DNA of 64,000 bases from Malacoraja senta (taxonomy: Eukaryota), in the NCBI GenBank assembly GCA_038087875.1, contig CM075992.1, positions 11,658,001 to 11,722,000 on the forward strand, given 5' to 3'. Under the pieces are notes generated by a model that searched no databases, had not been told where the DNA came from, and was given only the letters and a program-made list of their open reading frames with translations. Below, piece by piece: positions 61,283 to 64,000 of this stretch. Position 1 is the stretch's first letter. Every line of letters starts with the position of its first letter. The translations under genes and the position numbers were made by a program.

Positions 61283-61422
61283 ATGCTTGCTGTAAATGCT
61301 GATAATGCAGCGATCTAAATTGTACAGCCAAAAATAGTTTGCAAAGCCTGCTTTGCAAACTATTTGCTTATTTTTGGCTGTACAATTTAGATCGCTGCAT
61401 TATCAGCATTTACAGCAAGCAT
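61283..61422. repeat. Perfect 54-bp inverted repeat with nested 15-bp inverted repeat
   Basis: 61283-61336 is the reverse complement of 61369-61422; 61332-61346 of 61351-61365. Confidence 0.97.
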
Positions 61423-61640
61423 GTGTTCTCATTTAATAATGAAACCCAAGTATTCAATTACTGTGCTTGGTAATAGTTTGGATTTATCTGGATGGATAAT
61501 GAATCCCAGCCTCTCAAAGGTGAGCTTGATTCTTGACACTCATGGTTCTGTGTAGCCCGAGTGTTTCCGACAATCAGAATATATCAAAATAGGCCATTAC
61601 CAAATGGCCCTGAGCTCTTAGTCGTGCTAAGATTGGTTCC

Positions 61641-61947
61641 TGGCGAGGGGTGAGTAAAGATAAGAAGTAGGTACATCCCTTTCATATTGTCCTATCTTAT
61701 TTTCTTTTTTCTCTTTTTTTCTTTTCTTCTTTAACTATTTCTTGTGGTTTAGGTTCACATGTGTGTTCCTGGGCCACTTTTTCATTCACTCACTGACTGT
61801 CCTTGCTAGCTCTTTCTATCCTTTTTTTCTATTAAAGTTGAAAAATAGAAGTGGTACAAAAACTGTATAAATTTATGTCATTGCAGATTACTGTAATGTA
61901 AAATATTTCTAATAAAAATAAAATTAAAAAAAAAAAAAAAAAAAAAA
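61641..61947 (+). mobile_element. Severely 5'-truncated L1 (3'UTR plus poly-A) inserted in DIRS RT
   Basis: T-rich 3'UTR similar to 60400-60715, aataaa, long A tail, 12-bp TSD aagattggttcc (61629-61640, 61948-61959). Confidence 0.92.
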
Positions 61948-63287
61948 AAGATTGGTTCCAACAACCTGGCAAATAGTCTCAGAGCTGAGGCTAAACCTTA
62001 ATACAATGCTTTAAATTGCCATAATTGACTCATCCAGTTAAATTTTAAATATCTATGATTATTACCATATACAGCCACACAGTAATATGCATCTTAAGAT
62101 CTATGCTAGCCATATAGCATTTTCTTGAAATTGGCTGTATAGTATTGGCAAAACTCCAAAAAACTGTTTTTTATACTGTACAAAAAAGGGTTAAGACTTG
62201 TCAGATCTAGAATAATTCTACACCTACCATCCTTATTTGCTCTAATAAATCACTTGGCATAAATTGGTGGTGATGGAGAACTGACTTCTTAATTATCCCT
62301 TTTAGACAATATTTCATGTTCTGCCTCAATCTGCATATTCTCTTATTTTGAGAAATATGTGTCCGGTTTGAAATATGCTGAGTAGGAGAATCCAAATATG
62401 GGTAGAATTCAATTCGAAACCCGACAATACTGCACAGTATAAATACATCAGATTGCCATTCTTTTAGGAAGAATTGTAATCTTCCTCAACTTGTAAGTGT
62501 AAAACATTAATATGTCTCTTACAGAACCAGACCCCCTACCTCAGGGTTTGCCTATGGCAATTGTTATCTCCTGATCTTAGTGGAATATTGTAACCTCCAC
62601 ATACCTCAGGAGGAGTGCCCCAATAACGCAAATATGGGAAAGACCGATTTGATCCTTCACTGTCCCCAGTCACCACACATTGGTAGGAAAAACTCCCTAT
62701 GATTTGATCTGCCAATCACCGACAGCTTCATCGAGGTCTTTTACACTTTTTTGGCTAGATTCTTTCCAAAAAAAGATTTTAGGCAATTAAATATTAGATG
62801 GTTTACAGAGCCCGCAAACTTAAGATATATGTTAGGTCTTATAGCACTTTTATAAATACAGTTTATTTGAAAGTACGCACTACTCATGAGTGCTAAGTCA
62901 ACCTTGTTGTGATACAGATACGTGCTCTCCATCCTGGCCAAAGCCGTAATGCCTGACCAGCAATTTCAACACCCTCTGTCATTTTTTTTTCCACCGCTGA
63001 GACTGCTTGCAGTGCTCAATACTGCGGGTTTCATATTTTTTGACAGCTCATGCATGGTCAGAACCTGGAGCTGCTGGGAGAGCAAGTAATTTATTGACAT
63101 TGCTAATTTATATCCCATTGGTTCCCCTGATAGTTTTGGAACCACAAATGTTATATATTGTGCCAAACCTGGTCCTTTAGGCTCCGTTATTGGGCTCTGG
63201 TCCTCATATGATACGTCTCTGAATCTTTGCGTAAAATAATCCTCCTCATGGAGGGAGAGAATTGGCATCCTGCTTCAGGCGTTTCTA

Positions 63288-63722
63288 GCGCTGGCTCTCC
63301 CATAGGCCTACGCATAGTAAACCCTTTCCCAGGTGCTCGCCGCGCGGGCTCTCCTGTAGGCCCATGCATAGGCAGCCCTCTTTCAGGTGCTGCTGGCGCT
63401 GGCTCACCTGTAGGCCAACGCTTAAACTGTCTTTCTCCAGACATAGTTGGCGCTGGCTCTCCTGTAGACCAACGCATACAAATGCTCTTATCCAGGCATT
63501 GCTTACGCTGGCTCTCCTGTAGGCAAGCGCTGAGTCGGACCTTTCCAAGTACTCCCTGCGCTGGCTCTCCCTTAGGCCAATGCTGAGCCGGACCTTCATG
63601 CGCTGGCTCTCCTATAGGCCAACGCTAAGCCCGGACCTTCCCCAGGCATTCCCAGTGCTGGCTCTCCTATAGGCCAACGCTAAGCCCGGACCTTCCCCAG
63701 GCATTCCCTGTGCTGGCTCTCC
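63288..63722 (-). repeat. Minisatellite of ~9 units (mostly 52-57 bp) in the DIRS gag-like region
   Basis: Core gctggctctcctgtaggccaacgc recurs; encodes R.P.GEPA repeats on minus. Confidence 0.9.
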
Positions 63723-64000
63723 CAACGCGGACCCGAATAGACAAAATGTCTGCCCGAGTCGGGGATCCTCCTGTCTGACTCCTCAGAGTCTACTGGCCAC
63801 CCGGCCTTTTGTCTCTTGCGCCCGAATGGCGCTACAACGGTATATTTTTTAACCGTATTTTAAAAGTCGATGGCCTTGCTGCCACCAACTCCTCAAAAGG
63901 GTGCCCGCTACTTGCAGACCCGCGGTCTTTCTCGAGTTTATCTGCGGTACTTGGGCCTCTAACATCCTTTCTCCATTCTGACTTGTGTTGTTCCAACTAC

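Larger units (their letters stand above)
54781..64000 (-). mobile_element. DIRS-type tyrosine-recombinase retrotransposon, decayed, interrupted by two L1 insertions; 5' end beyond the window
   Basis: Terminal repeat/ICR inverted pair 54781-54859 vs 55003-55082, YR ORFs, PTQPWYP methyltransferase-like region, RT/RH remnants ~60743-62500, gag-like region ~62700-63900. Confidence 0.88.

Noticed and set aside
63288..63722. CRISPR-like array (conserved core plus variable spacers)
   Set aside because: Spacers are homologous to each other, the context is a vertebrate retrotransposon and there are no cas genes; it is a minisatellite

Overview
Eukaryotic, repeat-saturated vertebrate DNA with no recognisable host protein-coding gene and a 200-N assembly gap (35356-35555). 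The repeat families (HE1/V-SINE-type tRNA SINEs, abundant CR1, Penelope, Rex1/Babar, fish-type L1, DIRS) suggest a cartilaginous fish, probably a skate or ray; this is inference from family recognition. Main contents: two defective Gypsy LTR retrotransposons (1-3997 lacks the integrase core; 13651-15765 has two LTRs and a TSD but essentially only integrase), one full-length two-ORF L1 (19736-26099), a 5'-truncated L1 and an L1 tail inserted in a minus-strand DIRS element (54781-end), an RTE LINE with its endonuclease half inverted, Penelope fragments with minimal hammerhead-ribozyme motifs, Harbinger-type MITEs and many CR1/SINE fragments. The most unusual signal is in the second Gypsy: its primer-binding site is about 35 nt of tRNA-Leu(CAA) complement instead of the usual 18 nt, joined directly to the end of RNase H, which creates an in-frame LTR/tRNA-derived-leader integrase ORF with intact HHCC and DDE motifs. 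All family assignments come from motif recognition by eye, not from database searches; boundaries of old fragments are approximate.
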